Assembly: GCA_031551595.1 (NCBI GenBank)
Contig: JAVBNK010000001.1
Coordinates: 1-42,429 of the forward strand
Source of the DNA: Rikenellaceae bacterium
GTDB taxonomy: Bacteria > Bacteroidota > Bacteroidia > Bacteroidales > Rikenellaceae
Length of the DNA stretch: 42,429 nucleotides
Direction: 5' to 3'
Under the pieces are notes generated by a model that was not told where the DNA came from, made no database searches, and saw nothing but the letters and a program-made list of their open reading frames with translations. Made by a program: the position numbers and the translations under genes. Positions 1 to 7,799 of this stretch are shown here, piece by piece. How positions within the stretch are numbered: the first letter of the stretch is position 1; each line of letters opens with the position of its first letter.

Positions 1-1
1 G

Positions 2-349
2 GGGATGCTCAAGGACACGATACACACCCTTATCCCCGACACGATCTACGCCCGTGGGGTGGAATACCTGAACGATCGTCGCTACTCGAAGTCGCTGGAG
101 TACCTCGACGCCTACCAGGACCGCAACACGGTGATCGCCTACCTCTCGCTGGGCTACGACAAGCGGGCCTATGACCTGCTGATGACATTCCCGAAGACAC
201 CCTTCAACGAATACCTGAAGGCCATCGCTTGCGCCCGCCTCGGTCGTAAAGAAGAAGGGTTGGGCTACTACAAATCGGCCTGCGAGTTGGACGACCGCCT
301 CGAATTCCGGGGCGACCTCGACCCGGAGATAACCTTATTAAAACAGTAA
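2..349 (+). CDS. C-terminal fragment (5' end cut by window edge) of a TPR-like protein, paralogous to the C-terminus of the 19708..21393 product
   Basis: The frame is open to the window edge and third codon positions are GC-rich. The tail YLKAIACARLGRKEEGLGYYKSACELDDRLEFRGDLDPEI aligns with YLLAVAYARLGRTGQARQYLDRALQASPALRAKAACEPDL of the 561-aa protein. TAA at 347-349. Confidence 0.5.
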   Translation, partial: GMLKDTIHTLIPDTIYARGVEYLNDRRYSKSLEYLDAYQDRNTVIAYLSLGYDKRAYDLLMTFPKTPFNEYLKAIACARLGRKEEGLGYYKSACELDDRLEFRGDLDPEITLLKQ

Positions 350-550
350 ATGAAAATGAGAAGAATATTGGAATACGGGCTGGTGGCCGCAGCGGCCATC
401 GCTATTGTCCTCATGCTGGCCTGCTGCTCGAAGATCGACGAACGGGTGCGCGAAGAGCGCATCCCACTGCCGCAGGGCCAGGTCGATCCGCCGGACCCGG
501 ACTGGAACAACCCCTCGGACATCGACGGGAAACACATCAAACCGCAATAG
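350..550 (+). CDS. small putative lipoprotein (66 aa)
   Basis: The ATG directly follows the upstream TAA. It has an N-terminal hydrophobic segment ending LMLAC|CS (lipobox-like) and a Pro/Asp-rich tail. Confidence 0.5.
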   Translation: MKMRRILEYGLVAAAAIAIVLMLACCSKIDERVREERIPLPQGQVDPPDPDWNNPSDIDGKHIKPQ

Positions 551-551
551 G

Positions 552-995
552 ATGGAACCTCAGCACGACAACCAAACGCAGCCCATACCGGGCTGTATTT
601 TTGTTACAATCGACGAACGGAACCGGGTGGTACGGGCGCAAATACACACTGAACCGCAGGCGGATTTTCAGAAATTCATCCAGGAAAACTATAACGTCCA
701 TCGTTTGAAGCCTGAAATTCCCAGCCATTGGATGAGTTGCTATCATGTACCTGATCTGCGGCAAGTGCCGAAACTCAACCTTACGGACAACACCGGCTTT
801 CTTAAAGAATTGATGCCGCTGGAAGATCAGTTAGGGATTGTCAAGGATAAGCCGGTGAACCTGATCGACGCTTCTTTCTGCATTGAAAATAAGGTTCCGC
901 TGCTTTCGCCTCAGGCAGACCGGGTGGAATTGCATAAACTCCCAAAATACAGGGATTTCTGTCTGATCAATCAGACTATGTTACGAAGGAACTGA
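552..995 (+). CDS. hypothetical cytoplasmic protein; the frame continues past an in-frame TGA to 1168
   Basis: ATG at 552 (MEPQHDNQ...), with lower GC than the flanks. The part of track ORF 405..995 upstream of 552 is Arg-rich and overlaps the 350..550 ORF, so it is discounted. The same frame stays open from 996 to the TAA at 1166-1168. Confidence 0.5.
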   Translation: MEPQHDNQTQPIPGCIFVTIDERNRVVRAQIHTEPQADFQKFIQENYNVHRLKPEIPSHWMSCYHVPDLRQVPKLNLTDNTGFLKELMPLEDQLGIVKDKPVNLIDASFCIENKVPLLSPQADRVELHKLPKYRDFCLINQTMLRRN

Positions 996-1171
996 TCAGA
1001 GTTTAATGTTGCACAACGCGAGGCATTGCTGAACATCCTTCATGAGCAGCATCCACGCTATAAGCGTGATACGCTGCCGCCACGGGTGGGTGAATTGTCG
1101 GAAAAAGAGCAAGTGCCAAAACAAGAGGAACCGCTAAAAGAGTCGGGGATCAAACTGAAACGAAGATAAAT

Positions 1172-1210
1172 AACAACGGCATGGGTCAACCCATGCCGTT
1201 GTTATTTCGG
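1172..1210 (+). terminator. rho-independent terminator
   Basis: Perfect 14-bp stem AACAACGGCATGGG / CCCATGCCGTTGTT (1172-1185 / 1190-1203) with loop TCAA, followed by ATTT. It lies 4 nt after the TAA at 1166-1168. Confidence 0.75.
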
Positions 1211-1365
1211 CTTATTGATTAGCATGAGGCAAAATCTCCCTAATGAAGCAGAATATCATTCGTCCCTTCGCTTATTAAGCAAGTTGTTAGGCGAAGGCTA
1301 ATTCATCCCAAAAAATGTCGGGCGAAAAACCATGAGTAAAGAATATAGTTAAATGGCAAATTTCA

Positions 1366-1409
1366 ATGGCAAAAAAGAAAAAGAGTTGCGATCAGCGATC
1401 GCAACTCTT
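1366..1409 (-). terminator. rho-independent terminator of tRNA-Asn
   Basis: Perfect 13-bp stem AAGAGTTGCGATC / GATCGCAACTCTT (1381-1393 / 1397-1409). On the minus strand it is followed by TTTCTTTTTTGCC, 11 nt downstream of the tRNA 3' end. Confidence 0.8.
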
Positions 1410-1420
1410 TCATTTTTAGG

Positions 1421-1494
1421 CTCCTCAGCCAGGACTTGAACCTGGGACCCCCTGATTAACAGTCAGGTGCTCTAACCAACTGAGCTACTGAGGA
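1421..1494 (-). tRNA. tRNA-Asn (anticodon GTT)
   Basis: The reverse complement folds as a full cloverleaf: acceptor TCCTCAG/CTGAGGA, D arm GCTC..GAGC, anticodon stem CCTGA/TCAGG with loop CTGTTAA, T arm CCAGG-TTCAAGT-CCTGG, discriminator G. CCA is not encoded. Confidence 0.95.
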
Positions 1495-1606
1495 ATATTT
1501 CGAAATCTACGAGATCTTTCGAAGGCCTGTCCTCCGGAATATCCTGCGTTTTCGGTGTGCAAATATATAGCTTTTATTTCTTCCAGCAAATTTTTAACCC
1601 GTTTTT

Positions 1607-2269
1607 TTATCCCTTTTCTTCCGCCCGAGCCTCAAAACCGATCTCCGTGAACTCACATCCGGGATGAAATTCCGCCAGATACGACTGCAGGTAACGGCGC
1701 GTATCGGCCGTAATCTCCGGTGAAGTTTCCGGATAAAGGTTGTAGACCAAATGCGAAACCGCGATCCCCCGGCGGCGGCATACCTCAAGGCTCAACAAGG
1801 TGTGGTTCACACTTCCCAACCCCGGATTGGTTACCAGGATCAACGGCAAATCGTGCTGCACGACATAGTCCGCCATCGTGTAAAAGCCGTCGACCGGCAC
1901 CATCAGCCCGCCCGCGCCCTCGACCAGCACCACGTCGTAACGCGAAGCCAACGAAACCGCATTGCGCATTACCGGCGCGAGGTCCAACCGTACCCCGTCG
2001 ATGCGGGCGGCCAGGTCGGGCGAGGCCGGATAGGTCAGCCGCAAAGGGCAGGTCGTGCCGTCCATGTCTTCGGGCAGCAGCGGCAGGCCCATCAGCCGAC
2101 GGTGGGTGGCGATATCCTCCGATACGGCGCCGGCAGGACAGCCCGTCTGGATCATCTTCATGGTCGCCACGCGCAGCCCCCCGGCCGTCCAGCGACGCGC
2201 CAGGATGCCCGTAGCATAGCTCTTACCCGCATCAGTGCCGATGCCGCTCACGAAATATACCTTTCCCAT
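1607..2269 (-). CDS. bioD: dethiobiotin synthase
   Basis: The product starts MGKVYFVSGIGTDAGKSYATG (P-loop GxxxxGKS), contains LVEGAGG, and is about 220 aa. The longer track ORF 1607..2863 runs antisense into bioB and is rejected upstream of the ATG at 2269. Confidence 0.9.
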   Translation of the reverse strand: MGKVYFVSGIGTDAGKSYATGILARRWTAGGLRVATMKMIQTGCPAGAVSEDIATHRRLMGLPLLPEDMDGTTCPLRLTYPASPDLAARIDGVRLDLAPVMRNAVSLASRYDVVLVEGAGGLMVPVDGFYTMADYVVQHDLPLILVTNPGLGSVNHTLLSLEVCRRRGIAVSHLVYNLYPETSPEITADTRRYLQSYLAEFHPGCEFTEIGFEARAEEKG

Positions 2270-2287
2270 CAGGACTGTTTTTCGGCA

Positions 2288-2295
2288 CAAAAATA
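2288..2295 (-). promoter_or_regulatory. candidate Bacteroidetes -7 box (TATTTTTG on minus strand) for bioD
   Basis: It matches TAnnTTTG and ends 19 nt upstream of the bioD ATG. It lies back-to-back with the bioB box. Confidence 0.4.
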
Positions 2296-2296
2296 G

Positions 2297-2304
2297 TACC
2301 TTTG
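2297..2304 (+). promoter_or_regulatory. candidate Bacteroidetes -7 box (TACCTTTG) for bioB
   Basis: It matches TAnnTTTG and ends 20 nt upstream of the bioB ATG, inside the 54-bp divergent spacer. Confidence 0.4.
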
Positions 2305-2323
2305 CCCGGAATCGGCAAGCATT

Positions 2324-3274
2324 ATGGAACGGTTGGAAAAAAAGATAAGGAACGGTCACCGGATAGGTTTCGAAGAGGCTGTGGCGCTGGCCGGGAATAC
2401 GCCGTTGGAAGAATTGTGCGCGCTGGCCGACCGCCTGCGGCGGCATTTTACGGGCGACCGGTTCGAAACGTGCTCGATCATGAACGCGCGGTCGGGACGC
2501 TGCCCGGAGGATTGCAAGTGGTGCTCGCAGTCGCGCCATAACCGTGCCCGGGTCGACATCTATCCGTTGGTCGGCGCTGTGCAGGCCGCGGCGGCGGCGC
2601 AAGACAACGAGCGCCGGGGGGTGAACCGTTTCTCGCTGGTCACCAGCGGACGGGGGATGTCGGCGGCCGAAATGGATAAGGCGTGCGAACTGTACGGAGC
2701 CATCCGGAAAGAGTCGGGGATCGCCCTGTGTGCGTCGATGGGACTGCTGGACGAAGTACAGATGCGCCGGCTGGCCGCCAGCGGGGTGACGCGCTACCAC
2801 TGCAACCTGGAGAGCGCCCCGTCGTTCTTCCCCGCCCTCTGCTCGACCCACACCATTGGACAAAAACTCGAAACTTTACGCGCAGCGAAGGCCGCAGGGC
2901 TGGAAACGTGCTCGGGCGGCATCATCGGCATGGGCGAAACGCGGACGCAACGCATCGAGCTGGCCGTGGCGTTGCGCGACGCGGGCGTGGATTCGATCCC
3001 GCTCAATATCCTCAACCCCATCCCCGGCACGCCGTTGGAAAATATGCCCCCGCTGCCGGACGGGGAGATCCTGCTCGCGGCGGCGATGATGCGTATCGTC
3101 AACCCCGCGGTGCACCTGCGGCTGGCCGGCGGGCGCATACGCATCACGCACCTCGCCCCGCGCCTGCTGCACTGCGGCGTGAGCGCGGCTATCGTCGGCG
3201 ACATGCTCACCACCGTCGGGTCGAACGTCGAAACCGACCTCGAAATGTTCCGCCGCGAAGGATTCCGTCAATAA
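2324..3274 (+). CDS. bioB: biotin synthase (radical SAM)
   Basis: It carries the CPEDCKWC radical-SAM cysteine triad (CxxxCxxC) and is 316 aa. The overall sequence is BioB-like (FSLVTSGRG, CSGGIIGMGE), and the gene is divergent from bioD. Confidence 0.95.
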   Translation: MERLEKKIRNGHRIGFEEAVALAGNTPLEELCALADRLRRHFTGDRFETCSIMNARSGRCPEDCKWCSQSRHNRARVDIYPLVGAVQAAAAAQDNERRGVNRFSLVTSGRGMSAAEMDKACELYGAIRKESGIALCASMGLLDEVQMRRLAASGVTRYHCNLESAPSFFPALCSTHTIGQKLETLRAAKAAGLETCSGGIIGMGETRTQRIELAVALRDAGVDSIPLNILNPIPGTPLENMPPLPDGEILLAAAMMRIVNPAVHLRLAGGRIRITHLAPRLLHCGVSAAIVGDMLTTVGSNVETDLEMFRREGFRQ

Positions 3275-3335
3275 TTTCAATACCCTTCCTTCCCGGATCG
3301 CATGATCGGCCGATCCGGGAGTCCAAAGATCAGCC

Positions 3336-3851
3336 ATGAAAAATAAAATCGAAGAAAAATTAAAACAACTCATAGGACTGGAATTTTCCCAGACCTCAAG
3401 AGCGGCCAATATGGAATGCATGAAATTCGGCACGATCACCTCGTTCCTAAAGAACGGCCGACAGGTTAATATCGGAGAATTCGGGCTGCATTTACAATGT
3501 GCATGGAGGATTACGGACGAATCCGTGATTTTAACGGCAGACCTCGACATGTATAGCCAACCCGACGAATTCGCGGCATATGATGCAGATTTTAATTGGG
3601 ATAAGGAAAACGGTAACCTCAGGGATATCAGGTTATCAAACCTGCTTAAAGCAAGAACATTTATCGTAAAAGATGTAAAAGCGGATTCTTGGGGTGGTTT
3701 CGAAATCTCATTTGAAAACAATGTGAAGCTGACAGTCTTTCCAAATTTATCAGACAAATCGGAATACAATGAACTTTGGAGGTTGCTGAACAATCGTGAT
3801 GAAAGCAAACCACACTTTGTCGTAAATGCTACCGGAATAGAAGAAGCATAA
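3336..3851 (+). CDS. hypothetical protein, compositionally foreign (low GC)
   Basis: A 171-aa ORF with no signal peptide and AT-rich codons, unlike the neighbouring genes. It has two similar beta-rich halves (LHLQCAWRI..., WGGFEISFENN...). I recognise no family. Confidence 0.7.
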   Translation: MKNKIEEKLKQLIGLEFSQTSRAANMECMKFGTITSFLKNGRQVNIGEFGLHLQCAWRITDESVILTADLDMYSQPDEFAAYDADFNWDKENGNLRDIRLSNLLKARTFIVKDVKADSWGGFEISFENNVKLTVFPNLSDKSEYNELWRLLNNRDESKPHFVVNATGIEEA

Positions 3852-3900
3852 AGTTATCTCCGTAATATCCATAATATTTTGAATTGACGAGGTTATCTCC

Positions 3901-3908
3901 TAAATTTG
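3901..3908 (+). promoter_or_regulatory. candidate -7 box (TAAATTTG) for the DUF1573 gene
   Basis: It matches TAnnTTTG and ends 10 nt upstream of the ATG at 3918. This supports that start over the TTG at 3906. Confidence 0.4.
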
Positions 3909-3917
3909 GGCCTGCCG

Positions 3918-4991
3918 ATGACAAAAAAACTGATATATACGTTTTTCGCCGTGATGGTGTGTGCGGTGTGCACGGGCCAGCAGATGGCGTTCGACCGCAA
4001 GGCGTGGGACTTCGGCACCATCCGCGAAGCCGACGGGCCGGTCAGCTACACGTTCCGGTTCACCAACAAGGGCAAAACGCCGCTGGTGATCGAACGCGTG
4101 GAGGTGAACTGCGGATGCACGACCACCGATTTTTCGCGCGAACCGGTCATGCCGGGAAAAACCGGACGGCTGAGCGTCACGTTCGACCCGGCGCACCGTC
4201 CCGGGCCTTTCAACAAGACGATCGTCGTGACGGCCAACAACCGTTCGCTACAGGTCAAACTGGCGGTGACGGGTACGGTGCAGGAGCGCGTGAAAACCAT
4301 CGGGGAGCTCTATCCCGTCGACCTGGGCGGCGGAGTGAGGATAGACACCCGTGCGGCCTACTTCCGCAGCGTGGCGCAGGGCGACGTGAAATCGATGGTG
4401 GTGCGGATGGTCAACACCTCGCCCGACGCCCGGACCATCGGCGTGCAGGCCGATCCGGCCTACCCCCAGCTGACAGTCAACGCCCCGGCGACGATCTGCG
4501 CCGGATGCAAACGCGACCTCACCGTTACGTTCGACCTGACCGGGAAGAAGGCTGCCTACGGCGTATTTTCAAGTAATATCGAGATAACCGTCAACGGCAA
4601 ACAAGCCCCGACGCCGATCTCCGCGGTCGCTTACGGCGTGGACGATTTCGGCACGAATCCCGACGTGGACCAAGCCCCGCGGGCGCGCTTCGACAGGCAA
4701 TACCATGATTTCGCCGACATCAAACCCGATACGAAACCCCTCCCGGCCACCTTTACGCTCACCGATACCGGCGCGGCGACGCTCATCGTGCGGCACGTGA
4801 AATGCGGGAATGGGCTGACGACCGACCTGCGGGCGGGCACGGCCATCGGCGCAGGCAAAAGCGTGAAGTTCACGGTGACGCTCGACCCGTCGCAGTTTGC
4901 AGCCGGACCGGCCAACCAAAGCATCGTCATTATCGTCAACGACCCCCTGCGCCCGGTGCGCGAGGTGAGGATCGCGGCGGAGATCAGGTAA
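3918..4991 (+). CDS. DUF1573 domain-containing secreted protein with additional Ig-like repeats
   Basis: It has a signal peptide (MTKKLIYTFFAVMVCAVCTGQ). The DUF1573 hallmark is present: FDRKAWDFGTI...FRFTNKGKTPLVIERVEVNCGCT...PGKTGRLSVTF. Confidence 0.85.
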   Translation: MTKKLIYTFFAVMVCAVCTGQQMAFDRKAWDFGTIREADGPVSYTFRFTNKGKTPLVIERVEVNCGCTTTDFSREPVMPGKTGRLSVTFDPAHRPGPFNKTIVVTANNRSLQVKLAVTGTVQERVKTIGELYPVDLGGGVRIDTRAAYFRSVAQGDVKSMVVRMVNTSPDARTIGVQADPAYPQLTVNAPATICAGCKRDLTVTFDLTGKKAAYGVFSSNIEITVNGKQAPTPISAVAYGVDDFGTNPDVDQAPRARFDRQYHDFADIKPDTKPLPATFTLTDTGAATLIVRHVKCGNGLTTDLRAGTAIGAGKSVKFTVTLDPSQFAAGPANQSIVIIVNDPLRPVREVRIAAEIR

Positions 4992-5043
4992 AAGACCCTG
5001 CGCTGCCGCGGGACATTGGAAAAATACAAAAGACAGTATAAGA

Positions 5044-5928
5044 ATGTTTGAAATCGTAAAGAAAAAGCAACTCACCGACAACATCTTCCTGATGAACGTC
5101 CATGCGCCGCGCGTGGCCCGCTCGGCCAAACCCGGGCAGTTCGTCATCGTGCGGGTGAGCGAGCAGGGCGAACGCATCCCGCTCACGATCAGTGACTACA
5201 ACGCCGAAGAGGGTTGGGTGTCGATCGTCACGCAGACCATCGGCGTATCCACGCGCAAGATCTGCGCGATGAACGAGGGCGACGCGCTGGCCGACTTCGC
5301 CGGGCCGCTCGGGCAGCCGTCCGAGTTCATCCACCTGCCGGCCGGAGAGCTGGCCGCCAAGCGTTTCCTGTTCATCGCCGGGGGCGTGGGCACGGCGCCG
5401 GTCTACCCGCAGGTCAAGTGGCTGGCGGAACACGGCGTGAAGGCCGACGTGATCGTGGGCGCGAAAACGGCCTCCATGCTCATCCTGCAGGACGAGATGC
5501 GTGCCGTGGCCGGGACCCTCTATGTGGCGACGGACGACGGCTCGGAAGGTTTCAGGGGCATGGTCACGGACCTGATGCGCGACCTGCTGGACAACCGGGG
5601 CAAGACATACGACGAGGTGATCGCCATCGGCCCGATGATCATGATGAAATTCGTCGCCGCGGCCACGCTGCCTTACGGACTGAAAACCATTGTAAGCCTC
5701 AACACGCTGATGGTGGACGGCACGGGGATGTGCGGGGCGTGCCGTGTGACGGTGGGCGGCAAGACGCGCTTCACGTGCGTCGAAGGCCCCGAGTTCGACG
5801 GCCACCAGGTCGATTTCGACGAGGCGATGCGCCGCCAGGGCATGTACCGCACCCTCGAATCGCGTGCCGCCCGCATGGAAGAGGAGCGCGCCGCCGGACA
5901 CGACTGCAAAATCGGGTTGGATAAATAA
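5044..5928 (+). CDS. sulfide/dihydroorotate dehydrogenase-like FAD/NAD-binding subunit (NfnA-like partner of GltD-like protein)
   Basis: The product is 294 aa with a ferredoxin-reductase-type fold pattern (GQFVIVR, FIAGGVGTAP). A C-terminal 2Fe-2S cysteine cluster is present (GMCGACRV...FTCVEGPEF). Confidence 0.85.
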   Translation: MFEIVKKKQLTDNIFLMNVHAPRVARSAKPGQFVIVRVSEQGERIPLTISDYNAEEGWVSIVTQTIGVSTRKICAMNEGDALADFAGPLGQPSEFIHLPAGELAAKRFLFIAGGVGTAPVYPQVKWLAEHGVKADVIVGAKTASMLILQDEMRAVAGTLYVATDDGSEGFRGMVTDLMRDLLDNRGKTYDEVIAIGPMIMMKFVAAATLPYGLKTIVSLNTLMVDGTGMCGACRVTVGGKTRFTCVEGPEFDGHQVDFDEAMRRQGMYRTLESRAARMEEERAAGHDCKIGLDK

Positions 5929-6117
5929 CGACTTATACGTTAGTTTTTTCCGGCAGCTTGGTCCTTGGAGAATTCGCGCCCGGAAATTCTGAAGTCCGCA
6001 GGCGTTAAGAAACGGCGTACGTCCAACGACCGTTAGACACTATAGGTGGCTAAAAGGTAGACGCTCACCGCCTTAGTCGCAGGACAAACAATTTCAGCGA
6101 ATTCGACGGGCCATAGC

Positions 6118-6173
6118 TTTTTTGCCTGCTTTTTGTGCGGTAACAAAAAGTAGGTCGCCCGCAGGCAAAAAAA
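6118..6173. other. nested stem-loop inside the nfnA-like/gltD-like spacer
   Basis: The outer 12-bp stem is TTTTTTGCCTGC (6118-6129) / GCAGGCAAAAAA (6161-6172). It encloses the inner hairpin CTTTTTGT-GCGGTA-ACAAAAAG. Confidence 0.5.
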
Positions 6174-6215
6174 GCGCCTAAAATAAAAGAACGATCAACA
6201 TAACCACAATTAATA

Positions 6216-7604
6216 ATGGCAAACAAAATACCGCGCGTGCCGGTGCGCGAGCAGGATCCGGCGGTACGCGCCACGAATTTCGAAGAAGTTTGTTACGGAT
6301 ATAACGCCGAGGAGGCCACCCTCGAAGCCTCGCGGTGCATCAACTGCAAAAAGCCGCGCTGCGTGGAGCAGTGTCCGGTATCCATACAGATCCCGCAGTT
6401 CATCGGAGCCGTCGTGGCCGGCGAGGTGGAGCGTGCGGCGCGCGTGATCGCGGCCGACAGTTCGCTGCCGTCGGTGTGCGGACGGGTCTGCCCGCAGGAG
6501 TCGCAGTGCGAAGGCGCCTGCATCCTCGGCGTGAAAGGCGAACCGGTGGCCATTGGCAAGCTGGAGCGTTTCGTGGGCGACTGGGCCATCGAACATGGCG
6601 TCAACACGGCCGAAGTGGCTGCGCCGAACGGCCATAAGGTGGCCGTGGTGGGCAGCGGCCCGGCGGGCCTGGCCTGCGCGTCGGACCTGGCGAAAATGGG
6701 CTACGCGGTGACCATCTTCGAGGCGCTGCACAAGCCCGGCGGCGTGCTGGAATACGGCATCCCGGAATTCAGCCTGCCGAAAAGCCGCGTGGTGGCCAAG
6801 GAAGTCGAGAATGTGAAACGTTTGGGCGTGAAGATCGAAACGGACACCATCGTGGGACGCACCGTGACGGTCGACTCGCTGATGGAGGACGAAGGGTTCG
6901 AGGCGGTGTTCATCGGCTCGGGCGCAGGATTGCCAAAATTCATGGGTATCCCGGGCGAAAACCTTAACGGAGTGGTGTCGGCCAACGAATTCCTCACCCG
7001 CGCCAACCTGATGAAGGCCTGGCGCGACGACTACGACACCCCGATCCACGTGGGCGAGCGTGTGGCCGTGGTCGGGGGCGGCAACGTGGCGATGGACGCC
7101 GTGCGCACGGCCAAACGCCTCGGAGCGGACGCCCGGATCGTCTACCGCCGCTCGGAGGCCGAACTGCCCGCACGCGTCGAAGAAGTACACCACGCCAAGG
7201 AAGAGGGCATAGTATTCGACATGCTGACCAATCCGGTGGAGATCCTCGGCAACGAGCAGGGCTGGGTGGCCGGGATGCGTTGCGTGCGGATGCAATTGGG
7301 CGAGCCGGACGCCTCGGGACGCCGCTCGCCGGTGGAGATCCCCGGGTCGGAGTTCGTGATGGAGTGCGACGTGGTGGTCATGGCGCTGGGCACTTCGCCC
7401 AACCCGCTGATCGCCGCCACGACCCCGCGGCTCGAAACCACCCGCTGGGGCGGCATCGTGGCCACCGACGAGGGCGCCAGCTCACGGCCGGGCGTATTCG
7501 CGGGCGGCGACGCGGTGACCGGTGCGGCGACCGTCATCCTGGCCATGGGCGCGGGACGCAAGGCGGCAAAAGCCATCGACCGATATATCCGGACAAGGCC
7601 TTAG
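6216..7604 (+). CDS. NADPH-dependent glutamate synthase small-chain homolog (GltD/NfnB-type oxidoreductase)
   Basis: Two Fe-S cysteine clusters are present (CINCKKPRCVEQCP, CGRVCPQESQCEGAC). Two Rossmann motifs are present (VAVVGSGPAGLA, VAVVGGGNVAMD), and the product is 462 aa. Confidence 0.9.
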   Translation: MANKIPRVPVREQDPAVRATNFEEVCYGYNAEEATLEASRCINCKKPRCVEQCPVSIQIPQFIGAVVAGEVERAARVIAADSSLPSVCGRVCPQESQCEGACILGVKGEPVAIGKLERFVGDWAIEHGVNTAEVAAPNGHKVAVVGSGPAGLACASDLAKMGYAVTIFEALHKPGGVLEYGIPEFSLPKSRVVAKEVENVKRLGVKIETDTIVGRTVTVDSLMEDEGFEAVFIGSGAGLPKFMGIPGENLNGVVSANEFLTRANLMKAWRDDYDTPIHVGERVAVVGGGNVAMDAVRTAKRLGADARIVYRRSEAELPARVEEVHHAKEEGIVFDMLTNPVEILGNEQGWVAGMRCVRMQLGEPDASGRRSPVEIPGSEFVMECDVVVMALGTSPNPLIAATTPRLETTRWGGIVATDEGASSRPGVFAGGDAVTGAATVILAMGAGRKAAKAIDRYIRTRP

Positions 7605-7743
7605 GCAGGCTTCATTCGCATGTGGCAGATACTTCATGCGGACTCCGGACAAGGAATTTTCGTATTCTAGGCTGACAGGGGAGGGCTTGCAGGGCCACCG
7701 GGGAAAGAGGCGGCTCCGCTCCCAGGCAGAGTTTGCGTTACAT

Positions 7744-7785
7744 TAACGAGGGCCCGGTTTCGACATCGAAACCGGGCCCTCGTTA
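7744..7785. terminator. bidirectional terminator hairpin between convergent genes
   Basis: A perfect 20-bp palindrome TTAACGAGGGCCCGGTTTCGA..TCGAAACCGGGCCCTCGTTAA lies between the gltD-like stop and the minus-strand barrel gene stop at 7800. Confidence 0.7.
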
Positions 7786-7799
7786 AGCCATGGTGGTCA

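Noticed and set aside
405-551. An N-terminal extension of track ORF 405..995.
   Set aside because: This part overlaps the better-supported small lipoprotein ORF (350..550) in another frame and is Arg/Thr/Ser-rich. The ATG at 552 directly after the 350..550 stop is the more plausible start.
993-995. Genome-wide TGA reassignment or selenocysteine as the explanation for the two in-frame TGA codons (993-995 and 8253-8255).
   Set aside because: TGA clearly terminates several well-defined genes here: gadC, the DUF4810-like gene, wzx, and GT genes with ATGA overlaps giving normal protein lengths. Neither interrupted protein is a redox enzyme, and I saw no SECIS-like hairpin directly downstream. Point mutation or sequencing error is more parsimonious.
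2270-2323. A possible BirA/biotin operator in the bioD-bioB divergent spacer (T5-N-A5 partial palindrome CTGTTTTTCGGCACAAAAATAG).
   Set aside because: The dyad symmetry is weak outside the homopolymer runs. The same bases are better explained as two back-to-back TAnnTTTG promoter boxes, and I cannot match the site to a known operator consensus.
2270-2863. An upstream extension of the bioD ORF (track ORF 1607..2863, 418 aa).
   Set aside because: The BioD homology begins at MGKVYFVSG (ATG at 2269). The extension is antisense to bioB and has a low-complexity translation.
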